Part shown: positions 15,735-24,097 of the stretch, in pieces | How the letters are laid out: each line of letters opens with the position of its first letter | Numbering within the stretch: the first letter of the stretch is position 1 | Origin: Candidatus Parcubacteria bacterium | GTDB taxonomy: Bacteria > Patescibacteriota > Minisyncoccia > UBA6257 > 2-01-FULL-56-20 | DNA length: 46,236 bases | NCBI GenBank assembly: GCA_003599135.1 | Contig: QZIV01000011.1 | Span: forward strand, 1 to 46,236 | Direction: 5' to 3' | Program-made: the position numbers and the translations under genes | Notes under the pieces: model-generated | Databases searched by the model: none | What the model saw: the letters and a program-made list of their open reading frames with translations, nothing else | What the model was told of the DNA's origin: nothing

Positions 15735-16339
15735 CCGACGCTGAAACCCTTGCATGGCAGGAGCAAGAGCGGGATAACGCGGACCTCGAGCGAATGAACC
15801 GCGAAATATTCACGCCGCAGGCCCGGACCGCTATTGCCGAAATGAAAGAAGAGGCGGGCGCATGGGGGCTGGAGCGCCGCCATATATTTCTTGCCGGCAT
15901 CCAGGCCCAGCTCGAAATTCAGATCATGGACCTGGAAGCCGATTACCTTGACGGCATGAAACGGGGGCAGCCGTACCTTGAGCGCCGGATAACCGCAGAC
16001 CTGATTGTCAACAAACAAAAGACGCTGGAGCGCGTCCAGGGCGAAATGAAAAGTCTGATCATCCGGCTCCACGCTCTCCAGCAGGGCAAGGAACTGAAGC
16101 AGGCCGGATTGACTGACGCCGAAATTAAGCGGGCCCGGCAATACCCGATCGAGCGGCTTGTTGAGATCGGGCGCAACGGCCGGGCGCTGTGTGTATGGCA
16201 TGAGGATCATGATCCGTCAATGGACTGTAGGAACAATTTTGCATACTGTCACGCCTGCGGGAAACACGGGGATACGATTGATCTTTACCGGCAGATCCAC
16301 TGCGTGGATTTTCCTACAGCGGTAAGGGCGCTCCAATGA
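15722..16339 (+). CDS. Protein with C-terminal CHC2 (primase-type) zinc finger
   Basis: CVWHEDHDPSM...YCHACGKHGDTIDLY...DFPTAVRAL; no TOPRIM domain. Confidence 0.78.
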   Translation: MLSVTDAETLAWQEQERDNADLERMNREIFTPQARTAIAEMKEEAGAWGLERRHIFLAGIQAQLEIQIMDLEADYLDGMKRGQPYLERRITADLIVNKQKTLERVQGEMKSLIIRLHALQQGKELKQAGLTDAEIKRARQYPIERLVEIGRNGRALCVWHEDHDPSMDCRNNFAYCHACGKHGDTIDLYRQIHCVDFPTAVRALQ

Positions 16340-16373
16340 CCCGCCTAGAGCGCGTGGCGATACAGGAGGAGAG

Positions 16374-17156
16374 ATGCTAGGGCCGTTCACTTACCTTTCC
16401 CTTTTCACTGGCGCTGGCGGTGGAGATTTAGCGTGTCAACACCTACTTGGATGGAGATGCCTCGGATATGTCGAAATTGATGAATACTGCCAAAAAGTCA
16501 TCGCGCAAAGGATCAAAGACGGCTTCCTCAACGAAGCCCCAATCTTCACCGATATCCGCACATTCATCAGTGACGGGTACGCCGCAAGCTATCAAGGAAT
16601 GGTTGATGTCGTCACGGGGGGATTCCCATGTCAAGACATTTCAAGCGCCGGGTCAATGCGTGGTATCAACGGGAAGCGGTCAAGTCTCTGGCGTTCAATG
16701 GCCGAAGTGGTTCGCCAAGCTAGACCCAAATTCGCGCTTGTGGAAAATTCGCCAATGCTCACTATTCGAGGACTTGGAGACGTCCTTAGAGAGTTGGCCG
16801 AAATGCGGCGAAATGCGCGATGGAAAGTGTTTTCCGCTTGCGAATTCGGAGCGCCACACACACGGGAAAGGCTGTTCGCAGTTTCCAACGCCGAATGCGA
16901 TCGACGGAGAGCCGGTAGCAGCCTTATGGGATGGGCATGGGGAAATTTACAAAACGAAAAACGGAACGCTTCGGCGCCGCGCCAAGACGGGAAGCAATTT
17001 CGGCGTGAAGTTGCCCGTTGCAATTGGTGGAACTCCGAACCCGATGTGGGTCGAGTGGCTAATGGGCTGGCCTATGGGGTGGACCGCCTTAGAGCCATTG
17101 GCAACGGACAAGTTCCAATTATGGCTGCAACTGCATGGGAGATATTGAGTCAATGA
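16374..17156 (+). CDS. C5-cytosine DNA methyltransferase, large (alpha-like) chain
   Basis: LSLFTGAGG (I), GGFPCQDIS (IV), VENS (VI), GAPHTRERLF (VIII), RLRAIGNGQVP (X); motif IX absent from this frame. Confidence 0.9.
   Translation: MLGPFTYLSLFTGAGGGDLACQHLLGWRCLGYVEIDEYCQKVIAQRIKDGFLNEAPIFTDIRTFISDGYAASYQGMVDVVTGGFPCQDISSAGSMRGINGKRSSLWRSMAEVVRQARPKFALVENSPMLTIRGLGDVLRELAEMRRNARWKVFSACEFGAPHTRERLFAVSNAECDRRRAGSSLMGWAWGNLQNEKRNASAPRQDGKQFRREVARCNWWNSEPDVGRVANGLAYGVDRLRAIGNGQVPIMAATAWEILSQ
16447..17148 (+). CDS. Overprinted +1-frame chain of the C5 methyltransferase (beta-like, motif IX); start uncertain
   Basis: 233 open codons nested in the methyltransferase gene, containing FPTPNA and ending PNPMWVEWLMGWPMGWT. 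Confidence 0.7.
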   Translation: MDGDASDMSKLMNTAKKSSRKGSKTASSTKPQSSPISAHSSVTGTPQAIKEWLMSSRGDSHVKTFQAPGQCVVSTGSGQVSGVQWPKWFAKLDPNSRLWKIRQCSLFEDLETSLESWPKCGEMRDGKCFPLANSERHTHGKGCSQFPTPNAIDGEPVAALWDGHGEIYKTKNGTLRRRAKTGSNFGVKLPVAIGGTPNPMWVEWLMGWPMGWTALEPLATDKFQLWLQLHGRY

Positions 17157-17202
17157 ATCGCGGCCTAACCGTCCCTGAGCTTGAGCAGGGCCAACAAACG
17201 CT

Positions 17203-17391
17203 ATGGTGAAAGGAGGAGATATGGTTACGGTTTACAATCGTGGATACTGTTTCAATTGTGGGGAGCCGACTGATGATGACTACGATGTCGGCAGGGTCAG
17301 GCTGTATTGTTGCACACAGCGCGAATGCCAGAGGGAATTGAGGGACATGGAACAGGAAGAGCGCGAAGAGCGCGACTGTGAGTGGAGATAA
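17203..17391 (+). CDS. Small Cys-rich protein
   Basis: CFNCG...YCCTQREC; AGGAGGAG RBS suggests a start at 17221. Confidence 0.6.
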   Translation: MVKGGDMVTVYNRGYCFNCGEPTDDDYDVGRVRLYCCTQRECQRELRDMEQEEREERDCEWR

Positions 17392-17397
17392 ATACAA

Positions 17398-17514
17398 ATG
17401 ATCCTCGCAGTCGCTCTTATCTTCGCAACACTGCTCACGTGGTCACTCTGCTACGCGGCAGGCGAGGCGGACAGGGGAAAAGAAAGGTGGGAAAATGAAA
17501 ACACTAACACCTGA
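17398..17514 (+). CDS. 38-aa membrane microprotein (not in ORF track)
   Basis: MILAVALIFATLLTWSLCYAAGEADRGKERWENENTNT; fills the gap between neighbours. Confidence 0.55.
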   Translation: MILAVALIFATLLTWSLCYAAGEADRGKERWENENTNT

Positions 17515-17749
17515 ACAGGTCAAGGCATTCTGCGAGAGGATGGGGTTTAGGTACTATTGCGGAACGGATGCTTGGAGCAATACCCATGCTTCTGCTGGGA
17601 GATATAGAAATGCCCGCACTATTGAAATCGCCTTTTTTCGCTATGGCCGCACGGAGCGCGAGGCCGCCAACAATCTCTACCGCACGATGACCCGCGAGAT
17701 CAAGCGGCTGGCCGAAAGGTGGGAGGAGGAAAACCATGAACGTCCGTGA
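17495..17749 (+). CDS. Hypothetical protein
   Basis: AAGGTGGG RBS; resembles the C-terminus of ORF 21836. Confidence 0.65.
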   Translation: MKTLTPEQVKAFCERMGFRYYCGTDAWSNTHASAGRYRNARTIEIAFFRYGRTEREAANNLYRTMTREIKRLAERWEEENHERP

Positions 17750-17993
17750 AATCGTAAAGGCGTATCTCGAAGCGAACGGGTTTGACGGGCTGTACAATCC
17801 CAACATTGTCTGTGGCTGCATGAGGGATGATTTAATTCCATGTGACTTTGAGAATGGGAATTGCGAGGCGGGATACAAGCAAACGTGCGAAAATTGCAAC
17901 CCTGAAGACTGTGAGGAAGCGCAATATCCGCACGAGGACAAAACCTATTTCTGCATCGGCCCGAAGAGGCAGGAGGAAAACCATGTCGTGTAA
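17736..17993 (+). CDS. Cys-rich hypothetical protein
   Basis: GGAGGAGG RBS; YLEANGFDGLYN...CGC...PC pattern. Confidence 0.7.
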   Translation: MNVREIVKAYLEANGFDGLYNPNIVCGCMRDDLIPCDFENGNCEAGYKQTCENCNPEDCEEAQYPHEDKTYFCIGPKRQEENHVV

Positions 17994-18492
17994 ACCGGAA
18001 ATGAACAAGAGCATTCTGAAGAAGTTAAAGCAGGCCGATGAAGAGGGCGGGTTCGGGATGTTTAGTGCTGCGTGGTATGACCGGCGCTGCACTTCCTGGG
18101 AGGCGTGGAAATCTTTCATTGAGCATCATTCAGGCCGTGCTCTCGCCCTCTTCCGCGAACAGGTGATTGCCGCAAAATTCACCCGCGCCGAACTCCTCTA
18201 CTGCAAGGAGAACATCGGAGAAGAGGCATGGAAGAAGCTGGAGATCGAGATACCGGAAGAAGGGTTCAAGCCGTATGCGGCGGATAGCAAAAGGGTGCTG
18301 GAGGAGTACGGGTTCAAACGCTACTGGGTTCGCTCTTCGCATGCTGGCTACTTCGTGGAAATGGCAGACGGTTTATATAGCGACTTAACGGACGTTGTTG
18401 TCTCAATGGCGCAATGTCACATGAACGAACGTGCCGCCTATGACGCCGCCGCCACGTGGTGCAAGGAAAACCTGAAGGAGAAGGGGAAATGA
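17983..18492 (+). CDS. Hypothetical protein
   Basis: AGGAGG RBS before ATG 17983; coupled downstream. Confidence 0.65.
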   Translation: MSCKPEMNKSILKKLKQADEEGGFGMFSAAWYDRRCTSWEAWKSFIEHHSGRALALFREQVIAAKFTRAELLYCKENIGEEAWKKLEIEIPEEGFKPYAADSKRVLEEYGFKRYWVRSSHAGYFVEMADGLYSDLTDVVVSMAQCHMNERAAYDAAATWCKENLKEKGK

Positions 18493-18734
18493 GTAGAGCC
18501 GAAGAACTGGAAATGATGAATAAATATCAACAGCATGTTATCGATGCCGATAATACCGAACTCTCCTCTCTCCGCGCCCAGCTTGCGGACGCGGTGGCGG
18601 AGAATGAGCGGCTGAAGGGCGCGTTAGCCGACCTTTGCGCAAGCCACAGAATGCAGAATCTTGGACTGTGCAGGGAGATCGAGTCGTTGGAATACGAGAA
18701 CGCCTTTGCAAAGATTCTGCTCAACTCTTACTGA
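18489..18734 (+). CDS. Coiled-coil hypothetical protein
   Basis: ATGA coupling; LRAQLADAVAENERLK heptads. Confidence 0.6.
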   Translation: MSRAEELEMMNKYQQHVIDADNTELSSLRAQLADAVAENERLKGALADLCASHRMQNLGLCREIESLEYENAFAKILLNSY

Positions 18735-18754
18735 CAAGATAAGGAGCCGCAACC

Positions 18755-19117
18755 ATGAGCTTATTTAAGAAGCCCCCAAGACCTATTATCTCTGGGTACG
18801 ACACCATCACCGGCCCTATGACGGATGAAGAGCGCGACACCCGCCATTATAAACGGCTTGGCAAGTATCTAAATGAGAAAGCTGCGCCGAATGATGCTTA
18901 CTCGGATGCAGAATATCTGCGTAAGGAACTGCGGAAGGCGAGAGAGGAGATTAAGGAACTCGCCGCCGCCAAAGAGGAGGCTAAGCGGCTGATAGAGGCA
19001 ATTCGCAAGGACAACAAATGCACAAATGAGCATGACATGCATTGTGGATGTGGGGCTACTGCCTTGCTTGAAGCTCTTGCAGAATACGATGGAAAGCAAG
19101 TAGCTGATTACTACTAG
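18755..19117 (+). CDS. Hypothetical protein
   Basis: AAGGAG RBS within a repeated 18-bp start box. Confidence 0.65.
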   Translation: MSLFKKPPRPIISGYDTITGPMTDEERDTRHYKRLGKYLNEKAAPNDAYSDAEYLRKELRKAREEIKELAAAKEEAKRLIEAIRKDNKCTNEHDMHCGCGATALLEALAEYDGKQVADYY

Positions 19118-19131
19118 AAGGAGCCTCAACC

Positions 19132-19461
19132 ATGACACCATCAATACCGCCACATGACCACTTATCCGAAACCAGAGGCTACCGAGCACCAATCTACATT
19201 AAACAGCTTGAAGAAGAAAACAAGCGCCTGAGAGAGGAGGTCGAGAGGCTGAAGACGCAGATGGCGGAATTGTACGGTGAGGATATCTGCGGCATATGCG
19301 GGCTTCCTGGGGCCGACAAGATTCCGCATCCTTGCCATTGGCCGGGCGAAATGGTTCCCAATACGGAATTTGTCCATGCTTATTGCGAAGAAATGGAATG
19401 CCGGAGGGCGCACGCCGCGCTTACCGATCAAGAACGGGAAGCGTTTCTGCGAACGATTTAA
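19132..19461 (+). CDS. Coiled-coil plus Zn-finger hypothetical protein
   Basis: Repeated start box; CGICG...HAYC. Confidence 0.65.
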   Translation: MTPSIPPHDHLSETRGYRAPIYIKQLEEENKRLREEVERLKTQMAELYGEDICGICGLPGADKIPHPCHWPGEMVPNTEFVHAYCEEMECRRAHAALTDQEREAFLRTI

Positions 19462-19473
19462 GGAGCCGCAATC

Positions 19474-19896
19474 ATGAAACTTACCGAATCCGACTGTAGA
19501 CAAATAGAAAAAATCAATGGAGACTGGATTGCGTATCAGTACATTACCATCGACAGTCTGCGCTGGCTGATTGAGGACTTTTTCCCACGGGTAAGCCTCC
19601 GCCCCGCGCCTGAAGTGGTGTGGGGGGAGTGGGAGCATCTTGGCATGCAGGATTATGAGCTGGACATAAAATGTCAATCCTGTGGCCGTGATATGTACTA
19701 TCTGACGGTAACATCAACCCTAAGCGGCTTTGATTGGGAGGTTGCATGCGCCGATGATGATAATACTACGATTTGCACGCTAAAGAAGGGTAAGCGTGCC
19801 ACTGTTGCCGCCGCCCAGTCCGCCGCCGAGACCGCCGCGATGCACCTGGAGAAGGGGGTGGAGGGCCGAACGCAGACAATTGGGCAGCTGAAATAG
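19474..19896 (+). CDS. Hypothetical protein
   Basis: Repeated start box; CQSCG. Confidence 0.6.
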   Translation: MKLTESDCRQIEKINGDWIAYQYITIDSLRWLIEDFFPRVSLRPAPEVVWGEWEHLGMQDYELDIKCQSCGRDMYYLTVTSTLSGFDWEVACADDDNTTICTLKKGKRATVAAAQSAAETAAMHLEKGVEGRTQTIGQLK

Positions 19897-19926
19897 CGGA
19901 TAAAATCAGGCCAGTGGAGGCGAAGG

Positions 19927-20298
19927 ATGAATAAGAGCGACGCTTTTGTCCAAGCAGATATAGTTGTCGGCGTAGACAGAGACGGCAACTTCGTCTACCG
20001 CGAATTTGAGGCGTGGCACGGCCTCATGAATCTCATCGCCCGCACGCTCACTGAGGATGACTATGAAGATTGGTATTGGAGCATTGACGAGCCGGATAGC
20101 TGGTTTGAGTGCCAGACATGCGCCGATGAAGGGTTTGTCGAATGCCGGGAATATTATAACGACTATGTGAATTACGACAGCGACGATGTCATGGAATGCC
20201 CCGAATGCAAACGCGCCGAATGGGACAGACGATTTGCCGTGGCTCAGTGGAAGTTGAACAAATGGGTGAACAAACACGGAATGGTGATAGTGACATGA
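19927..20298 (+). CDS. Acidic Zn-finger hypothetical protein
   Basis: GGAGG RBS; CQTC...CPEC. Confidence 0.6.
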   Translation: MNKSDAFVQADIVVGVDRDGNFVYREFEAWHGLMNLIARTLTEDDYEDWYWSIDEPDSWFECQTCADEGFVECREYYNDYVNYDSDDVMECPECKRAEWDRRFAVAQWKLNKWVNKHGMVIVT

Positions 20299-20960
20299 AA
20301 ATGAGCTGGAACGCTGCCGCCGGATGCAATCATGGCTGTTGGTATTGCTATGCTCGGAAATTCTTGCGCCGGAGCCACTGTCAGAAATGCCAAGCGTTTG
20401 AACCGCACTGGCACTGGGAGCGGCTAGAGCAACCGCTGAAGCGCAAGAAACCCACAACGATTTTTCTTGACAGCGTGTGGGATATCGGCGCGGACTGCTG
20501 GAAGAATGAGGATATCCAGAAGGTGCTCGATGTGGTACGCGAAGCGAAACAGCACACCTTCCTCGCGCTGACAAAAAACCCGAAACGGTATATGGATTTT
20601 GACTTGCCGGAAAATTTGTGGTGCGGGGTGACGGTGACGGGATTGGAGGATTGGGGGAAAACGATAGCCATGAACCCGCCAGCGCCCAATATGGCTGGGG
20701 ATAAATGCTACCGGCGATTCATTTCTTTTGAGCCGGTTCTTGATGATATGAAATGGCTGCATTGGCAAAAGCTGCATAAGTGGCAAGGCATCATCATCGG
20801 CCCATTGAACCACAAAAAGCGCGTGACGAAGAGGGAATGGATACTCAATCTAACCGATCTTGCAGTCAAGGCCGGTGTGCCGGTATTCCACAAACGCGAT
20901 TGTCTAAAACAAGGCTTACTCCGTCCCGACGAGATGCGGGCGGAACTGGCGTGGAGGTGA
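20295..20960 (+). CDS. DUF5131 / phage Gp37-Gp68 radical-SAM-like protein
   Basis: SWNAAAGCNHGCWYCYAR (CxxxCxxC), HTFLALTKNPKR, LPENLWCGVTV, RFISFEP, VPVFHK; ATGA-coupled start 20295. Confidence 0.85.
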   Translation: MKMSWNAAAGCNHGCWYCYARKFLRRSHCQKCQAFEPHWHWERLEQPLKRKKPTTIFLDSVWDIGADCWKNEDIQKVLDVVREAKQHTFLALTKNPKRYMDFDLPENLWCGVTVTGLEDWGKTIAMNPPAPNMAGDKCYRRFISFEPVLDDMKWLHWQKLHKWQGIIIGPLNHKKRVTKREWILNLTDLAVKAGVPVFHKRDCLKQGLLRPDEMRAELAWR

Positions 20961-20963
20961 AGG

Positions 20964-21233
20964 ATGATCGACCTGAAATGGATTAAAGAACGGGCGGAGA
21001 AATTTGAGCATTGCCAAGAATACGATTGGTGCAAGGCGGATGGAATTGCAGAGGATGTTATTGACCTCATCGCGCACATCGAGGAGTTGGAGAAGGCGCT
21101 GAGGACATGGTTGCCACTTGTTGATCATCAATATCCATGCGAGGATGAACCAGTTACAGGCGTTCATAGTCCGGATGGTTGCATATGTGGACTCGCCCAA
21201 GCCCGCGCCCTTGTGGGAGAGGAGGAGAAGTGA
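20964..21233 (+). CDS. Hypothetical protein
   Basis: GGAGGTG RBS; DLIAHIEELEKAL coiled coil. Confidence 0.6.
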   Translation: MIDLKWIKERAEKFEHCQEYDWCKADGIAEDVIDLIAHIEELEKALRTWLPLVDHQYPCEDEPVTGVHSPDGCICGLAQARALVGEEEK

Positions 21234-21466
21234 TCCTTAACACGCTGAAAATTGGTCGCAAAAAGCTCTACTGCGTGCACTGGAAACTGCGCGGTGCTCT
21301 TTTCGGTAACGAGGCCCTCGTGCTCGCGCAGAGCATGGAAGAAGCAAAGCGAATAGTCAAAAGCGCGGGCCTTATTCAGTCGAACCATGAGATAGTTCGC
21401 GTGAAACTTGCGATGGTTCATGCTGCGGAGCATAAATCTAACGAACAGTGGAAGGAGGCCCCATGA
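21230..21466 (+). CDS. Hypothetical protein
   Basis: GAGGAGG RBS, GTGA coupling. Confidence 0.55.
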   Translation: MILNTLKIGRKKLYCVHWKLRGALFGNEALVLAQSMEEAKRIVKSAGLIQSNHEIVRVKLAMVHAAEHKSNEQWKEAP

Positions 21467-21642
21467 CCTACGAAGAACTGAAAGACTGCTACCTGCGTGC
21501 AATGGCAATCGGGGTTATGTGCCACAAGCGAAAAGAGGACAAAAAATTCGCTTGCCCCATTACCTTTGACCGCAGGCCGAAATGCGAGGGCTGCCGCGTA
21601 CCCGACGCGATACGGTCTGTACAAGGAGGGGAAGAAGAATGA
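21463..21642 (+). CDS. Small Cys-containing protein
   Basis: AAGGAGG RBS, ATGA coupling. Confidence 0.55.
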   Translation: MTYEELKDCYLRAMAIGVMCHKRKEDKKFACPITFDRRPKCEGCRVPDAIRSVQGGEEE

Positions 21643-21839
21643 CCGAGAAAAAACTCATCATGACCATCGCCAAAGCCGAGCAGATCGAGGCGGCGGCTGA
21701 AGTGGGAGCGGCGGTTTCGCCAGGATATTTAGAGGTTGCCCGTAGCGTGCTCGATGCAAGAGACGAAGCATGTATCACCATGAACTATGACTGCGTGCAT
21801 TGCACCTATTACCAGCAATGCAAGGAGGCCGCAGAATGA
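21639..21839 (+). CDS. Small hypothetical protein
   Basis: AAGGAGG RBS, ATGA coupling. Confidence 0.55.
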   Translation: MTEKKLIMTIAKAEQIEAAAEVGAAVSPGYLEVARSVLDARDEACITMNYDCVHCTYYQQCKEAAE

Positions 21840-22432
21840 CACCGGAAGAAAGAAAGCGGTTTGAAGAGATACGGCGCGAGGTCTATAAACTTTATCACCC
21901 CGAAGATGGTGGTCGTTACTTTTACGATGCAGATGGAAATCCTGAATATGAAGAACCCGAAAAAGGAGAACCAACAATCAGAGATGATATGAAGTTTCTA
22001 TTCACCCTCCTCGACCGCCTCTCCCCCGCTGCCCCTGCGCCGCAGAGCGCGGAGCAAAGGCGATGTTGTGATTGTCACTTTGCCGTGATTGATGCAAATT
22101 CATTTTACTGCGAGAAGTCGGGCGCGTTCGTAGACGATGACCCCTGTACAACCTTTTGTGAGAATTGGCAAGCAAATGTCACGCCCCTCACAGTCACCGA
22201 AGAAACCAAAGAGCCTCAGACCGCCGAAGAGGTCAGGAAAAGGCTGGAGGGGATGGGGTACGCCGTTGCACATTACATGGATTATCAAAAGAAGCCGCAC
22301 ATGATGCAAGCGGCAGACATGCAAATAACACACGAAATATTCTATCGAGGCATTGGCTCCACCCCCGACGAAGCCGCCCGCAACCTGTGGACGGCGGTGA
22401 AAGGAGAGAAATGCCACATCCAGAAACCATAG
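21836..22432 (+). CDS. Mosaic hypothetical protein with central Cys cluster
   Basis: AAGGAGG RBS; CCDCHF...C...C...C; C-terminal domain similar to ORF 17495. Confidence 0.65.
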   Translation: MTPEERKRFEEIRREVYKLYHPEDGGRYFYDADGNPEYEEPEKGEPTIRDDMKFLFTLLDRLSPAAPAPQSAEQRRCCDCHFAVIDANSFYCEKSGAFVDDDPCTTFCENWQANVTPLTVTEETKEPQTAEEVRKRLEGMGYAVAHYMDYQKKPHMMQAADMQITHEIFYRGIGSTPDEAARNLWTAVKGEKCHIQKP

Positions 22433-22914
22433 AGCGGGTGGATGAAGGCCAGCCGATACCGCCGCTCTATCAGCGGACTCTCGCGCTCGATCCGGCAACG
22501 AAATGCGGCTGGGCATTACAGGACGGAAAGCAGATAATTTCCGGCGTGTGGGACTTGTCAACTCACCGTTATGAGGGCGGCGGCATGAGGTACGTTCGCC
22601 TGAAGAAGTATCTGCGTGATATCGGGCCGGTTGACCTGTTGACGTTTGAAGAAGTCGCGAGTCATAAGGGAACTGCGGCGGCTCATGTTTATGGCGGCAT
22701 CGTCGCAACGATAACCGGATGGTGTGAGGAACAACTAATCCCCTATCAAGGCATACCCGTCGCAACGATCAAGAAACATGCGACCGGCAAGGGCAATGCG
22801 AACAAGGAAAAAATGTGCGAGGCGTTCAAGGCAAGGAACGGGCGCGACCCGATTGACGATAATGAGGCCGATGCGTGGTGGCTGTTGGACTACACGCTGA
22901 AGGAGCTTGTATGA
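22411..22914 (+). CDS. Holliday junction resolvase, RuvC-like
   Basis: LALDPATKCGWA, FEEV, IKKHATGKGNANK, DDNEADA; AAGGAG RBS before ATG 22411. Confidence 0.85.
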   Translation: MPHPETIERVDEGQPIPPLYQRTLALDPATKCGWALQDGKQIISGVWDLSTHRYEGGGMRYVRLKKYLRDIGPVDLLTFEEVASHKGTAAAHVYGGIVATITGWCEEQLIPYQGIPVATIKKHATGKGNANKEKMCEAFKARNGRDPIDDNEADAWWLLDYTLKELV

Positions 22915-22973
22915 AAACCGTCTTATTCGTTCTCACGCTGGCTGCTTTATGAGGCAACGGGAATAGAGTAACT

Positions 22974-23327
22974 ATGCCACAGCGTCAGCCGCCAAAAAAG
23001 CCGCTACGGATTTGTACCCACCCAGGATGCAATAATCTGACAACGGAAAGATATTGCCAAAAATGCGCCCCGAAACATATACAGAACTGGATAAAAAAGC
23101 GAGAATTCCCCCGAATATCCGGCCGAAAATTACAAAAAGCGCGGAAAAGGCTATTCAAGGAGCGACCACATTGCGAAAATTGCCTAAAACAAGGGAAATA
23201 CAGCCTCGCAACTGAGCGAGATCACATAATTCCGCTATCTCAGGGCGGGCCGGATGCAGAGGAAAACATTCAGGCGCTTTGCAAGGAATGCCATGATAGA
23301 AAGTCCAAAAATGAACAAAAAGGCTGA
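22974..23327 (+). CDS. HNH endonuclease (terminase-associated, HK97 gp74-like)
   Basis: CTHPGC N-terminus; CENC...DHIIPLSQGG...NIQALCKECH; upstream of the terminase genes. Confidence 0.88.
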   Translation: MPQRQPPKKPLRICTHPGCNNLTTERYCQKCAPKHIQNWIKKREFPRISGRKLQKARKRLFKERPHCENCLKQGKYSLATERDHIIPLSQGGPDAEENIQALCKECHDRKSKNEQKG

Positions 23328-23416
23328 AAATGCGGGAATGAGAAACAAGGTACCCTCTACGGTTTCCGCTCTTTCCCAAAAACTTCTTGACCCCCCCCCA
23401 TACTAGGAGTTGCAGA

Positions 23417-24094
23417 ATGAAACACAATCCCCTTGACAAACTATCCCCGCCAACAACCCACAAGCGTAAATCTGTATCACGCAGGCTCATCAAAGCCGTG
23501 CGCCAGGAGAACATCAAGCAGGCGATCGGCCAGCTCTTCCCGGGCTGCGAAATCTACGGCTTCACCAAAGGCCAGTTCTGCTTGATTGACATTATTGAGC
23601 ATTGCCTAGAGCAGACCGGCGGCGCTGACGTTGTTGTCTCAACATGGTCTGCGGCATCGGGCGACATCAAAGCCGCGAATAGGCTCATGACTCAAAGCCT
23701 CATTAAGTCCTTGCGGTTTATTGTCGACTTCTCTTTCAAATCCCGCAAACCGCACTTTTGCGCTGACCTACTCAATACCTTCGGCCAGGATTGTATCCGC
23801 GTCTCAAAGATACATGCCAAGTTTTGCACAATCAAAAACGAGCAATGGGCGCTTACGATCCGAACGTCAATGAATCTCAACTATAACCCGAGGTTTGAGA
23901 ACTTCGAAATCTCGGATGACGTAGGACTGTATAATTTCATGAATGAGATTGTTCAAGAACTTTGGGCAACACAGGAATCACATGACGGCTTTAATCTCAG
24001 ACCGTCACAGAACGAGCGGGCATTTGACCGCATGTATAGAACAGGCGAATTAAGGCCGGTAACGGCGGACGCGCTAATCACAAGGAGGCTGTAA
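23417..24094 (+). CDS. PLD-like (HxK) domain protein
   Basis: AGGAG RBS before ATG 23417; STWS, IHAKF, TSMNLNYNPRFEN resemble a single PLD-fold nuclease domain. Confidence 0.55.
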   Translation: MKHNPLDKLSPPTTHKRKSVSRRLIKAVRQENIKQAIGQLFPGCEIYGFTKGQFCLIDIIEHCLEQTGGADVVVSTWSAASGDIKAANRLMTQSLIKSLRFIVDFSFKSRKPHFCADLLNTFGQDCIRVSKIHAKFCTIKNEQWALTIRTSMNLNYNPRFENFEISDDVGLYNFMNEIVQELWATQESHDGFNLRPSQNERAFDRMYRTGELRPVTADALITRRL

Positions 24095-24097
24095 TCT

